Below, in pieces: positions 1 to 9,709 of a stretch of 64,000 bases of DNA. The position numbers were made by a program, and so were the translations under genes. The notes under the pieces are model-generated. The model did no database searches and was not told where the DNA came from. It was given only the letters and a program-made list of their open reading frames with translations. The number at the start of each line of letters is the position of its first letter. The stretch's first letter is position 1. The DNA lies in sequence record OM953433, one strand, 5' to 3'. This stretch comes from Shigella phage Henu11.

Positions 1-54
1 CACTGCAAAAAACACATCATTAAGATTAAACGTGCAAAGATTATTTGGGAATAA
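1..54 (+). CDS. partial CDS (3' end only); paralog of the C-terminus of the 84..533 product
   Basis: In-frame translation HCKKHIIKIKRAKIIWE* closely matches the end of ORF 84..533 (AYCKSHIIKIKRKKIIWE*). Confidence 0.4.
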   Translation, partial: HCKKHIIKIKRAKIIWE

Positions 55-83
55 TTTTATACACTATCTAAAGAGACAAAGTT

Positions 84-533
84 ATGATTAGCTCATTTTA
101 TGTAACGCTTGTTGAGATACTACACGAAAAATTCGGGACTGATAAGGAATTTGATTCCAATGAAGCGGTGAAAGCTCTAAGAAGCGGTTGTGATTATCTT
201 AAGAAAATGCCGATAGCAAACTCAAGGTATTATTTATCAGCGTTGCGTAAAGTTGGGGTACTCGTGACTGTCAAGCATGGTAGTAAAAATGGTGGAGTTC
301 TTTATATCAACCAGTTAAGCAAACCATTTATGGAAAATGAGCCACGACTAGCAAGACTGGTGACTGGTGTACAATACCAAATAAAAACTACAGAAATTCC
401 AGAAGTACAAGAGCAAAACCCAAATGTTAAGTACTTTGTTGGTGAAATCATGTTTGATACAATTAATGATGCTGTTGCATACTGTAAAAGCCATATCATT
501 AAAATCAAAAGAAAGAAGATTATTTGGGAATAA
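84..533 (+). CDS. hypothetical protein
   Basis: ORF track 149 aa; co-oriented with downstream operon. Confidence 0.55.
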   Translation: MISSFYVTLVEILHEKFGTDKEFDSNEAVKALRSGCDYLKKMPIANSRYYLSALRKVGVLVTVKHGSKNGGVLYINQLSKPFMENEPRLARLVTGVQYQIKTTEIPEVQEQNPNVKYFVGEIMFDTINDAVAYCKSHIIKIKRKKIIWE

Positions 534-570
534 TAAGTAACAAACGTAACTTTTGACTGAGAGAAATATT

Positions 571-1452
571 ATGAAAACTACTATTCGAGTTCTACTTAAT
601 TCAAATTCCAAAGGTTCTCATCAAGAGACCTTCAACATTATCCAGTTCCCTTCTGGGGAGATTGGTGGTAACTTCTCAGAAGACTTAGTAGACTTTGCTG
701 AACATGCTGCTGGTAAGATTGAAAACGTAGTCTTCACAGTACAAGGTTATGACAAAGACACACTCTTTGCATTAGCTATGGCTAAAGAAGCAATTGACCG
801 TTTGATTCCTCAGAAAGCAACTCTGAAAACTGTTGTCTTTGGATTCTTACCAAATGCTCGCTATGACCGTCACATGTTTAAAGGTGATGCAGCAGCACTT
901 AAAGTCTTTGCAAATCTTGTAAATGCTATGGAGTTCGATGCAGTATGTGCTCTGGATACTCACAGTAATGTTGCAGAGAATTTGTTTAAGAGCTTCTACA
1001 ACCTCCCTCAAAAAGAGGCAGCAGTCCACTTTGCAAGTGACCCACGCATTGATTACTTAGTGGCTCCAGATGCAGGTGCAGCTAAGAAGACTGAAGAGGC
1101 TGCTAAAGAGGTTGATAAACCTTATATTACAATGGCTAAGGTACGAAACCTGAAAACTGGTGAAATCACTGGTATGCGAATCCTTGATGATGTAGACTTG
1201 ACAGGTAAGACTGTCATGATTCTGGATGATATCTGTGACGGTGGTCGAACCTTTATCGAGGCTGCAAAGTATCTTCGTGAAGCTGGAGCAGAACGTGTGG
1301 AACTGTATGTCACTCATGGGATTTTCTCTAAAGGTGTTGAAAATCTCCTTGACAATGGTATCGACCATATCTACACTACAAACTCACTAGGGGATGAAAA
1401 AGACCGTGGTCTTTCCCACTTCTCACAAGTGACCGTAGCAAATATTGAATAA
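571..1452 (+). CDS. ribose-phosphate pyrophosphokinase (PRPP synthetase) family protein; possibly Adps-like
   Basis: ORF track (start moved to ATG 571 behind a GAGAG SD); PRPP-binding signature ILDDICDGGRTF and LVAPDAGAAKK. Confidence 0.8.
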   Translation: MKTTIRVLLNSNSKGSHQETFNIIQFPSGEIGGNFSEDLVDFAEHAAGKIENVVFTVQGYDKDTLFALAMAKEAIDRLIPQKATLKTVVFGFLPNARYDRHMFKGDAAALKVFANLVNAMEFDAVCALDTHSNVAENLFKSFYNLPQKEAAVHFASDPRIDYLVAPDAGAAKKTEEAAKEVDKPYITMAKVRNLKTGEITGMRILDDVDLTGKTVMILDDICDGGRTFIEAAKYLREAGAERVELYVTHGIFSKGVENLLDNGIDHIYTTNSLGDEKDRGLSHFSQVTVANIE

Positions 1453-1496
1453 CAACTTTAGGGGCTGAAAAGCCCCACTTTGAGAGAGATAAAAAG

Positions 1497-3323
1497 ATGA
1501 CTAAATCACTTTATGCAGTACCAGCAGCACTTAATGCAGATGCCTACAAATCTGGCCATTTCTACCAGTATCCAGATGCTACACAGTATCTTATGCTGAA
1601 CTTAACACCTCGTGGAGATAAATGGTTTAACTCTCCGTTAGAGATTGATGGTGTTGTAGCCTTTGGTATTCAGCGTTTTGTAAAAGACTATCTGGTAGAC
1701 CACTGGAATGCAACGTTCTTTGAACGTGATAAGAAAGAAGCCATTGACGAAATCTTGGAAATCATGAATGGTGTCCTTGGTGCAGATGCTATTGGTCGTC
1801 AACATTGGGAAGAACTTCATGACTTGGGTTACCTACCTGTTGAAGTCTACTCTGTAGAGGAAGGTACAATTGTCCCTATGCGTGTCCCGATGATTGTCTT
1901 TAAAAACACTGTAGAGGGATTCCATTGGGTAGCTGGTTACCTTGAAGATGCTTTCTCTGCTGAAATCTGGAAGGCTTGTACGATTGCAACTATTGCACTG
2001 CATTACAAACGTATCTGTAAACAATGGGCTGACAAGACCTGTGACAATGACTTCCATTTACCTTGGCAGTGTCATGATTTTGCAATGCGTGGTATGTCTG
2101 GCTTCACAGATGATGCTTTTAATGCTGTAGGTCACTTGACCAGCTTTAAAGGTACTGACAGCTTCCCTGCTGTGTATACTGCTAAACGTGCTTATGGTCA
2201 GTTTATGACAATCAGTGATATTGGCAACTCTGTACCAGCAACTGAACACTCTGTGATGTGTGCAAACATTTCATGGAATATGAAAGACCTGACAGAAGAG
2301 GATATTCACTCACAGTACATTATGCAGTCTGAAGGATTACTAGATGCCAAACGTTGGCGTGGTGAGGTAGAAACTTTCCATCGCCTTCTGACAGAAGTTT
2401 ACCCAACTGGTATTGCAAGTGCCGTATCAGATACTTACAACTTCTGGCGTACTGTTACACAGATTCTGCCAGAGCTACGTAATGTAATTCTGAATCGTGA
2501 TGGTAAGTTGGTAATTCGTCCAGACTCTGGAGACCCTGTTCACATTGTTACAGGTTACAAAGCCGTTGAATGGGAAACTGCTAAGTCAATGTTCTACAAG
2601 CACATGAAAGGTCTTGCACCAGATAATACCCATCTGCATGACACAATCTTGAATTGTGAAATGTCTGATATTGGTTTTGGGTTCTCTGCTTGGTTAATCT
2701 CTGAAGGTTATGAGATGGTTGTTGAAAATGAAGATTTTGATTATATTGACACAATCAACCTGATTACCGCTCAGAAAACTGGACAGTTTACTGTGAAGCG
2801 TATGTTAACAGCAGAAATTGATGGAGCTATACACACGCTGTATAACATCTTTGGTGGCACTGTTAACTCCAAAGGGTACAAAGTACTGGATGAGCACATT
2901 GGGCTAATCTACGGTGATTCTATCACTCTGGAAAGGGCTAATGAGATTCTGTCACGTCTTGCTGATAAAGGTTTTGCAAGTTCTAACGTAGTGTTTGGTG
3001 TAGGCTCATACACCTATCAGTACCTGACTCGTGACACCTTTGCATTTGCTGTTAAAGCAACTCTTGCACAGATGGATGGTCAAGAAATTATGCTGGCTAA
3101 AGACCCTAAAACTGACAGCGGTCTTAAGAAGTCTGCTTTTGGTGGAGTTGTCCCTATGTGGGATGGTGACAAGCTGGTAGCTGTAGATGGTTTTGGCTTT
3201 GCAGAGTTTGAAGGTGCAATTGACAACTGTCATAGTGCTTTGAAACTGGTATTTAGTAACTCGCAACCTTATGGTTACGTTAACCTGCGTGATGTTCGAA
3301 ATACTATTGACAAGCAACTTTAA
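1497..3323 (+). CDS. nicotinamide phosphoribosyltransferase (Nampt/NadV) family protein, 608 aa
   Basis: ORF track; N-terminal ADAYKSGH motif typical of Nampt family; immediately downstream of the Prs-like gene. Confidence 0.7.
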   Translation: MTKSLYAVPAALNADAYKSGHFYQYPDATQYLMLNLTPRGDKWFNSPLEIDGVVAFGIQRFVKDYLVDHWNATFFERDKKEAIDEILEIMNGVLGADAIGRQHWEELHDLGYLPVEVYSVEEGTIVPMRVPMIVFKNTVEGFHWVAGYLEDAFSAEIWKACTIATIALHYKRICKQWADKTCDNDFHLPWQCHDFAMRGMSGFTDDAFNAVGHLTSFKGTDSFPAVYTAKRAYGQFMTISDIGNSVPATEHSVMCANISWNMKDLTEEDIHSQYIMQSEGLLDAKRWRGEVETFHRLLTEVYPTGIASAVSDTYNFWRTVTQILPELRNVILNRDGKLVIRPDSGDPVHIVTGYKAVEWETAKSMFYKHMKGLAPDNTHLHDTILNCEMSDIGFGFSAWLISEGYEMVVENEDFDYIDTINLITAQKTGQFTVKRMLTAEIDGAIHTLYNIFGGTVNSKGYKVLDEHIGLIYGDSITLERANEILSRLADKGFASSNVVFGVGSYTYQYLTRDTFAFAVKATLAQMDGQEIMLAKDPKTDSGLKKSAFGGVVPMWDGDKLVAVDGFGFAEFEGAIDNCHSALKLVFSNSQPYGYVNLRDVRNTIDKQL

Positions 3324-3337
3324 AACAGTATGATAAG

Positions 3338-3359
3338 AGGCTCCTACGGGAGCCTTTTT
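3338..3359 (+). terminator. rho-independent terminator
   Basis: aggctcc-tacg-ggagcct hairpin followed by TTTT. Confidence 0.6.
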
Positions 3360-3376
3360 AATTTGTGGAGATTACT

Positions 3377-3712
3377 ATGAAAATTAAACAGATGAATGTT
3401 AATTTAATCATTGAAGAACGTTGGGAAAACATTAAGCGTCCTGAAGATGGTCATAAGTTTATCAATGAACTGTTTCAAGCAGCACAATCAGAGTTAGCTT
3501 CTGAGATTTATACAACGGTTACTTTGAAGGTCTATATCAAAGGTCTTCCACAGAACCATCAAGAAGCTCTTGATTTGTTTCAAGAAGAATTTTACAATCC
3601 AAACAAAAAGATACTTGAGAATAGTTTTGCAGTATCTTCGAGTATTGTTCATGACAGAAGTTTTGTCCTATTCAGAACTATAGGAGATAAGGTATGCAAG
3701 GTTATTGGTTAG
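3377..3712 (+). CDS. hypothetical protein
   Basis: ORF track; start moved to ATG 3377 with GGAG 8 nt upstream. Confidence 0.5.
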   Translation: MKIKQMNVNLIIEERWENIKRPEDGHKFINELFQAAQSELASEIYTTVTLKVYIKGLPQNHQEALDLFQEEFYNPNKKILENSFAVSSSIVHDRSFVLFRTIGDKVCKVIG

Positions 3713-3873
3713 AAATTGTTCTTTCACTCGGTTGTATAGTTGCTATTGCAATGTTACTATGCAAGTACTTCTCAGAGACTGAACCTTGTGATGAGTGTGA
3801 AGGTTCTGGGGTAGTTGGTATAGGTCATTGTTGCCCTTACTGTAATGGAACTGGAAAGAAATTTAAAAAGTAA
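3694..3873 (+). CDS. small membrane-anchored zinc-ribbon protein (59 aa)
   Basis: Unlisted ORF below the track size cut-off; GGAG SD at 3683; hydrophobic N-terminus then CDECEG...HCCPYCNG. Confidence 0.35.
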   Translation: MQGYWLEIVLSLGCIVAIAMLLCKYFSETEPCDECEGSGVVGIGHCCPYCNGTGKKFKK

Positions 3874-3874
3874 C

Positions 3875-3904
3875 TTGACAGTGGCATCTATAAAATTATA
3901 TAGT
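3875..3904 (+). promoter_or_regulatory. sigma70-like promoter TTGACA-N18-TATAGT
   Basis: ttgaca at 3875-3880, tatagt at 3899-3904, upstream of rIIA. Confidence 0.55.
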
Positions 3905-3935
3905 TTGCCACATCGACAACTAAGGAGATATTCTT

Positions 3936-6308
3936 ATGCGCATGGTAAATGACCACGCAACGGTAATTAAAAGCTCAAGTACACTGGAAACCTCTCAGGC
4001 TCAGATTAAGATGACACCTGAAATGTTCAGTCTTCTAAGCTCAGGTGTTTACACATATAAAGAACGTGCTGTAATTCGTGAATTGTCATGTAACGCAGTA
4101 GATGCTCACATTGATTCTGGTAACGTTGATAAACCTTTCTTGGTTCACTTACCAACTCGTTTCGAGCCATTCTTTGAAGTTCGTGACTTTGGTACAGGAC
4201 TGACTCATGATAAAGTTATGAAACTTTACATGACCTATGGAGAATCTACAAAGAACGATTCAAACGACTACATTGGTGCTATGGGTATCGGTTCAAAGTC
4301 CCCATTTGCAATTGCTCAGTCATTCACTGTATCAAGCTATGTTGATGGTGTAGTTAACAAATACTCAGTTTACCTTGAGAATGGTATCCCTCAAGTAACT
4401 AAGTTGACTACTAACCCAACTACAGAGCCAAATGGTTTAGCTGTTCGAGTAGCGGTATCCGATAACCGTATCAACAAGTTTCATGAAGAAGCGAGCAATG
4501 TATACTCGTACTTTAAAGTTAAGCCAGAGTGTAATGTTGAGTACTATGACATTCTTGAAGCAATGACTTCCATTTCTCGTGAAGATGGTGTCTATGATGC
4601 AATGAAGTACAAAGAGAACTGGCGCTCAAATAGTAACAGCGTCCATTTCAATGTAATCATGGGTAACATTGCTTATCCGGTTGAAATGGGTGAGTTGCTT
4701 GGCTCAGAGTTTACAAACATTCTGCCTCAGTTCTTCCGTAGTGCTGTAGACCTTGTTAACATCTACATGCCAATTGGTTCAGTGGCTATTGCTGCATCTC
4801 GTGAAGCATTGCAGATGAATGAGACCACTAAGACCAAGATTGTTGAAGCTGTGAAGAAAATCACTAAGACAATCGTAGAAGATGTGGTAAAAGAGATTGC
4901 TAACAAGCCAACTCTGATTGATGCTGCTCAAGCCTATGATACCATGAGGAAGGAGGCTCGTGAAATCTTTATTCACGTCCAAGATTCTCTGGAATGGCAA
5001 GGCCAGAACTTGAAAAAGCTTGAACAAAAACTGTTAGGTATCCGTCGTGGTCAGTTAACTGAAGCAGATGGTTCTCCGTCATTCTTGAAAGATGATGCAG
5101 GTAACTTGAGGCTTGACAAAGATGGTAATCCAGTTCCTAATATTGGTAATCTGTATGAACCTGTAGCATACTACAAGTACAGCAGTCTGGAGAACCGTAT
5201 TCGAGCAACTTCAGCAACTTATTCACAAGATGCAGCAATGTTTAGTATCTTTGGTGCAATGAGTAAAGACAAGTTGAGCAACTATTTGTTCCTTATTAAT
5301 GACCGTCGAAACAAGAACGGGTCTGAGAAGACAACTGGTAAAAACCAGATTATCCGTGGAGCTTGCCGTGACCGTGAACAGGAAGACTCTAACTTCCGTC
5401 GCTACAATGGTATTGCTTTCTTGTTCAGCAGTCAGCAGCAATTTGATGAGTTTGTAGCTTTGCATATGCTTGACAAGAGTCTGTTAAGTGTGCATACAAT
5501 GTCATCTAAAGAGCACCACTATGAAAAACGTACTATTGTACGTGGTGTTGTAAAACTGTATAAAGCATTTATATGTCCAAATACTTACATGATTCGTTAT
5601 ACAGAGGTTAAAGAGAACTTTGATGAGATTGAAGAACCACAACTGTATATCAAAGCACAGAGTGATGAAGTGATTGGTGGAATCTTCTCATGTTCACCAG
5701 AACGTGCTGCAACGTTGATGACAGAGTTAACTGGACAGTCAGTTTATGTCTTCCGTAAAGCCAACTGGAAAAAGATTCCTGAAGACTGGACAGAAGTCAA
5801 TGAACAAGTGATGAAAGATTTCATTGATGCTACACATTGGATTGAGTATCATCGTTTCTTGACTCACCAATATATGACTAATAATCATGATATTACTGAT
5901 TGTAATGTGATTTCTCGAAACTTTATGTTTGCTGATAAGCGTAAGTCCAGAGGCCACATTTACAGTAAAGACTTTAAGAAGACTATTTTCTTAGAGGGGA
6001 ATGAAGAGGCTATAGAAGCAATGTTTGGACGCTTGGCATACACTGCTGCACCAGTTGCTTACAAAGATATTACCAGCACTCTTGATACCATTCGCAGGAA
6101 TATGAGAGGCTCTTGTAAGCCAAGAAAGGTTCTGGATAACGCTAAGAAGCGTCTTGAAAGTAAGTTCAAAGATTACTTTGAGAAACGCCGTAAAGAAAAC
6201 TTCTTGCTTTCTAATCTGGATTGGAATAAAGTATCACCCGTCGAAGTTGGTAAGTTTTTAGGTTTTGACACTAAGAGCATTCCAGAAGATACTGTATGCT
6301 GGGATTAA
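3936..6308 (+). CDS. rIIA: rIIA-like protein (N-terminal GHKL/HATPase-like domain)
   Basis: VIRELSCNAVDAH, VRDFGTGL, NDYIGAMGIGSKSPF motifs as in T4 rIIA; AAGGAG SD. Confidence 0.8.
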   Translation: MRMVNDHATVIKSSSTLETSQAQIKMTPEMFSLLSSGVYTYKERAVIRELSCNAVDAHIDSGNVDKPFLVHLPTRFEPFFEVRDFGTGLTHDKVMKLYMTYGESTKNDSNDYIGAMGIGSKSPFAIAQSFTVSSYVDGVVNKYSVYLENGIPQVTKLTTNPTTEPNGLAVRVAVSDNRINKFHEEASNVYSYFKVKPECNVEYYDILEAMTSISREDGVYDAMKYKENWRSNSNSVHFNVIMGNIAYPVEMGELLGSEFTNILPQFFRSAVDLVNIYMPIGSVAIAASREALQMNETTKTKIVEAVKKITKTIVEDVVKEIANKPTLIDAAQAYDTMRKEAREIFIHVQDSLEWQGQNLKKLEQKLLGIRRGQLTEADGSPSFLKDDAGNLRLDKDGNPVPNIGNLYEPVAYYKYSSLENRIRATSATYSQDAAMFSIFGAMSKDKLSNYLFLINDRRNKNGSEKTTGKNQIIRGACRDREQEDSNFRRYNGIAFLFSSQQQFDEFVALHMLDKSLLSVHTMSSKEHHYEKRTIVRGVVKLYKAFICPNTYMIRYTEVKENFDEIEEPQLYIKAQSDEVIGGIFSCSPERAATLMTELTGQSVYVFRKANWKKIPEDWTEVNEQVMKDFIDATHWIEYHRFLTHQYMTNNHDITDCNVISRNFMFADKRKSRGHIYSKDFKKTIFLEGNEEAIEAMFGRLAYTAAPVAYKDITSTLDTIRRNMRGSCKPRKVLDNAKKRLESKFKDYFEKRRKENFLLSNLDWNKVSPVEVGKFLGFDTKSIPEDTVCWD

Positions 6309-6316
6309 AAAATAGT

Positions 6317-6345
6317 TTGACAGGGGCTGAAAAGCCCCTTAGAAT
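6317..6345 (+). promoter_or_regulatory. sigma70-like promoter TTGACA-N17-TAGAAT with hairpin in spacer
   Basis: ttgaca 6317-6322; spacer contains ggggctgaaaagcccc; tagaat 6340-6345. Confidence 0.5.
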
Positions 6346-6388
6346 ACGAACCACTAAGTAATTTTAAACAACAAAGAGAGATATTGAA

Positions 6389-7510
6389 ATGACTACTAAG
6401 ACTAAAGCACAAATCGACGCAGAAATCTATGCACTGGTTAAAGAAGGTAAACTGACCAAAACTGCAATCGCTCTGAAGTATAACACTTCAACCCGTTCGG
6501 TAGGTCGTGCTGTAGAGCGCCATGAAGCAACGCTGCTGTCAGGGAAAACCAAAGCAAAACCTGCAAAGACTCTGAAAGATATTGCAAAGAGTGCTAAGAA
6601 AGTTAAAGCGACCAAGAAGGTATCTAAGCAGAAACCTGTTGCAAAAGCTGTTAAAGAAGCAGTCAAAGCAGAACCTGTAAATGCTCTGCATGAAGCAATG
6701 CAGAATAACAGCCAGATTGAATACATGATTACTGGTGATTCTGTTATCATGACTTTCGGTGCAGAGTCTGAGATTGTTGAGTCAACTCACCCTAACTACA
6801 CTGATATTGTAATGGCTGTTGTTTCAGGTGAGTACAAGAAAGCTTTTGAACTGATGAACATTCGCAAGTCTATTGAGAACTTCACTCAAGGTGCTGTAAC
6901 CATCAAAGGTGACAACCTGTATTACGGTGCTGTTCAGATGCGCTCAACTCTGGTAGACCGTATTCTGGATATGATGAAGAAAGGTGATAATGGCTTTGTT
7001 CGACTGATTGCATTCTTTGAAAAACTGATGGAAAACCCATCAAAAGACTCTGTAGAACAACTTTGGGGCTTCGTATCACACCTCGATGTTGAAATTGATG
7101 AAGAAGGTTATATCATCGGTTGGAAGAAAGTCACAACTCGTGGTGGTAAACTGTTTGACTCTCGTACCTGCAAAGTTCCAAATGATTTGGGTAACATTGT
7201 AGAGATGCCACGTTGGATGGTTGATAATAACCGCCATGTAACCTGCTCTCAGGGTCTGCACGTTGGTGCTTGGGATTATGTAACTAGCTTCTCTGGTGAC
7301 ACTATCCTGAAAGTTCGTGTTCATCCTCGTGATGTTGTTTCAGTACCAACTGACTACAACGACATGAAAATGCGAGCTTCCCGTTATGAAGTTGCAGCGA
7401 TTGTAAATAGTCGCCGTGAAATCATCAAAGAGTGGGATGGTTCAGAAGCACTTCACGTAGTTGTAGGTACTGCTGGTGAACTGATTTCTCAGCGTAAACG
7501 TGAAGTTTAA
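6389..7510 (+). CDS. rIIB: rIIB-like protein
   Basis: LVDRILD, ENPS, KVRVHPRDVVSVPTDYNDMKMR motifs resemble T4 rIIB; adjacent to rIIA. Confidence 0.8.
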   Translation: MTTKTKAQIDAEIYALVKEGKLTKTAIALKYNTSTRSVGRAVERHEATLLSGKTKAKPAKTLKDIAKSAKKVKATKKVSKQKPVAKAVKEAVKAEPVNALHEAMQNNSQIEYMITGDSVIMTFGAESEIVESTHPNYTDIVMAVVSGEYKKAFELMNIRKSIENFTQGAVTIKGDNLYYGAVQMRSTLVDRILDMMKKGDNGFVRLIAFFEKLMENPSKDSVEQLWGFVSHLDVEIDEEGYIIGWKKVTTRGGKLFDSRTCKVPNDLGNIVEMPRWMVDNNRHVTCSQGLHVGAWDYVTSFSGDTILKVRVHPRDVVSVPTDYNDMKMRASRYEVAAIVNSRREIIKEWDGSEALHVVVGTAGELISQRKREV

Positions 7511-7526
7511 TAAGTAAATTCCTAAA

Positions 7527-7550
7527 GGGGCTGCTTCGGCAGCCTTTTTT
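7527..7550 (+). terminator. rho-independent terminator
   Basis: ggggctgc-ttcg-gcagcc hairpin plus T6. Confidence 0.6.
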
Positions 7551-7570
7551 ATTTGAAAAATGTGCAGGTT
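7543..7570 (+). promoter_or_regulatory. sigma70-like promoter TTGAAA-N16-TATAAT
   Basis: ttgaaa 7543-7548, tataat 7565-7570. Confidence 0.5.
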
Positions 7571-7611
7571 AGTGTATAATTATCTGCATGTTTAACAAAA
7601 TAGGAGTGCAA

Positions 7612-8160
7612 ATGAAGAAATTTGTTTTAGGTTTGTGCTTATTCTTTACAGCACATTTAGCTACAGCGTCTGACTGTCCAGAGCTTACAATCAGCCAGAA
7701 AGTTAATATGTTAAAAGCATATAACTATGGCGAAGGACAGATGGGAAAAGGTTGGGGAATCCCTTTAGCAGCTATAGCCTTACAAGAGTCACAATTAGGT
7801 GTCATGTTAGAAAATAAAAAGACTCATGATTATGGTGTTTTCCAAAATCACTTGAAGACTGTTGTAAAGCGTAACAAGGTATCTCCAAAGGTTGCTAAGA
7901 AGAAGCTAGTAAGTGACTTCCATTACTCAGCGAAAGAGGCTCATAAGGAGCTATTATTCTGGACTAAGGTTCATGGTAACCCAGATGGAAAGTACTCTAT
8001 GAAGCGTGTCCTAGCTTCTTATAATGCTGGTTACAAATACAAGATTCCAAAGGCTAGACAATACTCTCAAGATGTGTACAATAACATGAAACTGCTTGCT
8101 CAATGTGAGTTTGCAACAAACATTAAAAAGGTAAAATATGAGCGAATCAAAACAATTTGA
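7612..8160 (+). CDS. secreted protein with lytic-transglycosylase-like motif
   Basis: ORF track (start moved to ATG 7612 behind AGGAG); signal peptide MKKFVLGLCLFFTAHLATA; AIALQESQ...YGVFQN resembles SLT domain. Confidence 0.45.
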   Translation: MKKFVLGLCLFFTAHLATASDCPELTISQKVNMLKAYNYGEGQMGKGWGIPLAAIALQESQLGVMLENKKTHDYGVFQNHLKTVVKRNKVSPKVAKKKLVSDFHYSAKEAHKELLFWTKVHGNPDGKYSMKRVLASYNAGYKYKIPKARQYSQDVYNNMKLLAQCEFATNIKKVKYERIKTI

Positions 8161-8833
8161 TATGGTTCTGTGTCATGCTTATGATATTAAGCCACTTGAT
8201 TTAGATATCAGTTCTGCAAGTTGGTCAGATATTGCTAAAGCTGACTTTGCAGATACAGCAAGAAATGTTGTGTGTAGATTTGAAGACTTCCACTCAACAA
8301 AGACACAGATTCCTTGTCAGGATTTGCTAACAGGTAAAACTGTAGATGTTGGTCGTAACAGCCTTATCTTGGTTGCAAAGAACTTGGAAGAAAAACGTAA
8401 AATGGTCTTAGCAGACATTGACGGTGTTCTTACAAGCTTTAATAAGGAGCTTAATGCAACTTTGTTAGATGATGGTACTTACTCACAGTATACTAACTTG
8501 GTAGACTCTCGCAGAGCTAAACCAACATATGTTTTTAACATCCTGTGTGGTATATCAAGAAATGCTGATATAGGATTCTTAACTGCTCGTGGAGAATCAC
8601 AAAGAGTTGTCACACATCTTTTCCTGAATGAGAATGTAGACAGTGATTTCCTACTGTTTATGCGTGGATTTGGTGACAATGAGATTAGTGCAGAAAGTTT
8701 GAAAGTTCGTATGCTTCAGTCTTGCATTCTACCTTACTATGATGTAGTATGCTTTATAGAAGATACAGTGAAGAACGTGGCAAAGGTTGAAAGAATCTTA
8801 CCACACATCAAAACAATGCTTGTTAAAAACTGA
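8138..8833 (+). CDS. hypothetical protein
   Basis: ORF track 231 aa. Confidence 0.55.
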   Translation: MSESKQFDMVLCHAYDIKPLDLDISSASWSDIAKADFADTARNVVCRFEDFHSTKTQIPCQDLLTGKTVDVGRNSLILVAKNLEEKRKMVLADIDGVLTSFNKELNATLLDDGTYSQYTNLVDSRRAKPTYVFNILCGISRNADIGFLTARGESQRVVTHLFLNENVDSDFLLFMRGFGDNEISAESLKVRMLQSCILPYYDVVCFIEDTVKNVAKVERILPHIKTMLVKN

Positions 8834-8844
8834 GAGAGTAAACC

Positions 8845-9309
8845 ATGCAAAATATTATTACAGTAGCTATCGATGCTTCCGGTAACAAATCACAGATAGT
8901 TCGTGAGATTATCAAAAGTAATTTCGATGGTAAAATCTTTCGTGCAGTAAACGTGAAAGCTGATGGTAACATTCGTGAGTATCGTGCAATGTTGAATGTC
9001 ACAAAACACGTTAAAGGTGTTGGTTCAACTACTGCTCATAAAGAAAATCTGATGACTATCTATGATATGGGTATGGCTTCAGAGTTAGGTGCAAAAGGGA
9101 TTGTACAATCCGGTGCTCCTTACCGTTCTTTCAATCTGGAAACTGCTCTTATGCTTTCCTTTACAAGTGGTTCTCAGACTACCACTTACCTCTTCACAGA
9201 TACTGCAACGGTTTCTGCGATTAAGGATAATACCATTAAGGCTGGCGTAGCTGCTGCTTCAAAAGCCTCAACAATGGCAGCAAATGTCCTTGCGAAAGTT
9301 CTTGGTTAA
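8845..9309 (+). CDS. hypothetical protein
   Basis: ORF track 154 aa. Confidence 0.55.
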   Translation: MQNIITVAIDASGNKSQIVREIIKSNFDGKIFRAVNVKADGNIREYRAMLNVTKHVKGVGSTTAHKENLMTIYDMGMASELGAKGIVQSGAPYRSFNLETALMLSFTSGSQTTTYLFTDTATVSAIKDNTIKAGVAAASKASTMAANVLAKVLG

Positions 9310-9320
9310 AGTTATTATAG

Positions 9321-9342
9321 AGGCTCCTTCGGGAGCCTTTTT
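9321..9342 (+). terminator. rho-independent terminator
   Basis: aggctcc-ttcg-ggagcct hairpin plus TTTT. Confidence 0.6.
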
Positions 9343-9361
9343 CATTTCTAGGAGAAGTTAA

Positions 9362-9709
9362 ATGACGTTTAAAGAATTTTGTCAAGCAGCTTTTGTAATC
9401 ATTTTCTTAATAGGTGTTGGTGCTTGGGGAGGTTACACTTACAAGACCAGTCAAGTTAATGAAAAGGAGTTAACTAACCAGAGACTTGTAAGTGTTGCTA
9501 AAGATGCTTATCAAGAAGGTTTATCAAATCTTAGCTCCAATTACAAAAATGATTTGAAAGATGTGCTTGCTAAAAACAAACACACCAAAGAGGTATTGAA
9601 CTATGAAAAAACTAAGACAGTCTTTATTAATGATTGTGCTACTGAGCCTTATGTCAGGGTGTTCAACGAACAAAGTGAACAGTACCTTCAAAAACTCCCA
9701 AGTAAGTGA
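9362..9709 (+). CDS. membrane protein, i-spanin-like (N-terminal TM plus charged helical region)
   Basis: ORF track; N-terminal hydrophobic segment FVIIFLIGVGAWGG; 3' end overlapped out of frame by a lipoprotein ORF. Confidence 0.45.
   Translation: MTFKEFCQAAFVIIFLIGVGAWGGYTYKTSQVNEKELTNQRLVSVAKDAYQEGLSNLSSNYKNDLKDVLAKNKHTKEVLNYEKTKTVFINDCATEPYVRVFNEQSEQYLQKLPSK

Noticed and set aside
1461-1476. Hairpin between Prs-like and Nampt-like genes as a terminator
   Set aside because: No T-run follows; more likely an RNA-processing or stabilising stem within an operon.
3936-7510. T4-like (Tevenvirinae) identity suggested by rIIA/rIIB
   Set aside because: Head genes are lambda D/E-like with an S49 protease, and the tail uses a tape measure and frameshifted chaperones, so this is a mosaic rather than a T4 relative.
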